Assembly (NCBI GenBank): GCA_951406725.2
Contig: OX597840.1
Span: forward strand, 21,576,001 to 21,640,000
Reading direction: 5' to 3'
DNA length: 64,000 nt
DNA from: Octopus vulgaris
Lineage: Eukaryota
Below the pieces are notes generated by a model. It was not told where the DNA came from. It saw only the letters and a list, made by a program, of their open reading frames with translations, and did not search any database. Both the position numbers and the translations under genes were made by a program. Of the stretch, positions 63,643 through 64,000 are shown one piece after another (the stretch's first letter is position 1; every line of letters begins with the position of its first letter).

Positions 63643-64000
63643 TGTTTGTGCCCTTGTATTCACATTGATAATTGAGAATGAGCATTACCATCATACAAGC
63701 AGTGTTTTTTTGTTTCTAGTCTTCCATGAAATACATGTCTGGCCATGGGGCAATGCAATCCTGCCTGGAAACTGGTAAAAGTTGGTGATAGAAAGAGCAT
63801 CCGACTCTAGAATATCTACCTCAACAAATTGCACCTGACCCATGCGGACACAGGGAAGTAGACATTAAATGATGATGATGATGATGATGTCCATTGAAGT
63901 AGTTGATAGTTTCTGTTAATTTGGGGACTTAATTAAGAGTGGAGTCAGTTGTTCTGGAAACACAGCAACCAGAGCAGAGATAAGAATAAGGGGGCAAAAG

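Noticed and set aside
423-63778. Most ORFs in the supplied track (YIYI, CVCV, THTH, LSIY runs; recurring LSVSVYQIHSQGFG peptides)
   Set aside because: Translations of microsatellites and SINE bodies with no protein-like composition or splice support

Overview
AT-rich, repeat-dense eukaryotic DNA. The tRNA-derived SINE families, microsatellite load and gene style suggest an octopod cephalopod (inference, not proven). Almost all supplied ORFs are microsatellite or SINE artefacts. One spliced gene can be rebuilt on the + strand: a ceramide synthase (Hox-like domain + TLC/Lag1p domain) with 9 coding exons between 24359 and 41497 (329 aa visible, all GT-AG and phase-consistent). I found no first coding exon, so it probably lies upstream of the window. 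The probable first coding exon of a second, unidentified membrane-protein gene is at 59812-59944, with a YY1 motif over the ATG. The rest is SINEs, RTE/CR1 LINE 3' fragments, two Helitrons, piggyBac-type MITEs, a Tc1/mariner fragment and simple repeats. The most interesting signal is six apparently unrelated short elements, most sitting in (TA)n tracts and three of them fold-back palindromes. Each carries a minimal type I hammerhead-ribozyme fold with a palindromic stem III (Penelope/retrozyme-like). One is nearly intact (38644-38703, minus strand) and one has a compensatory G3-C8 core (31552-31603). All folds were assigned by eye and are untested.
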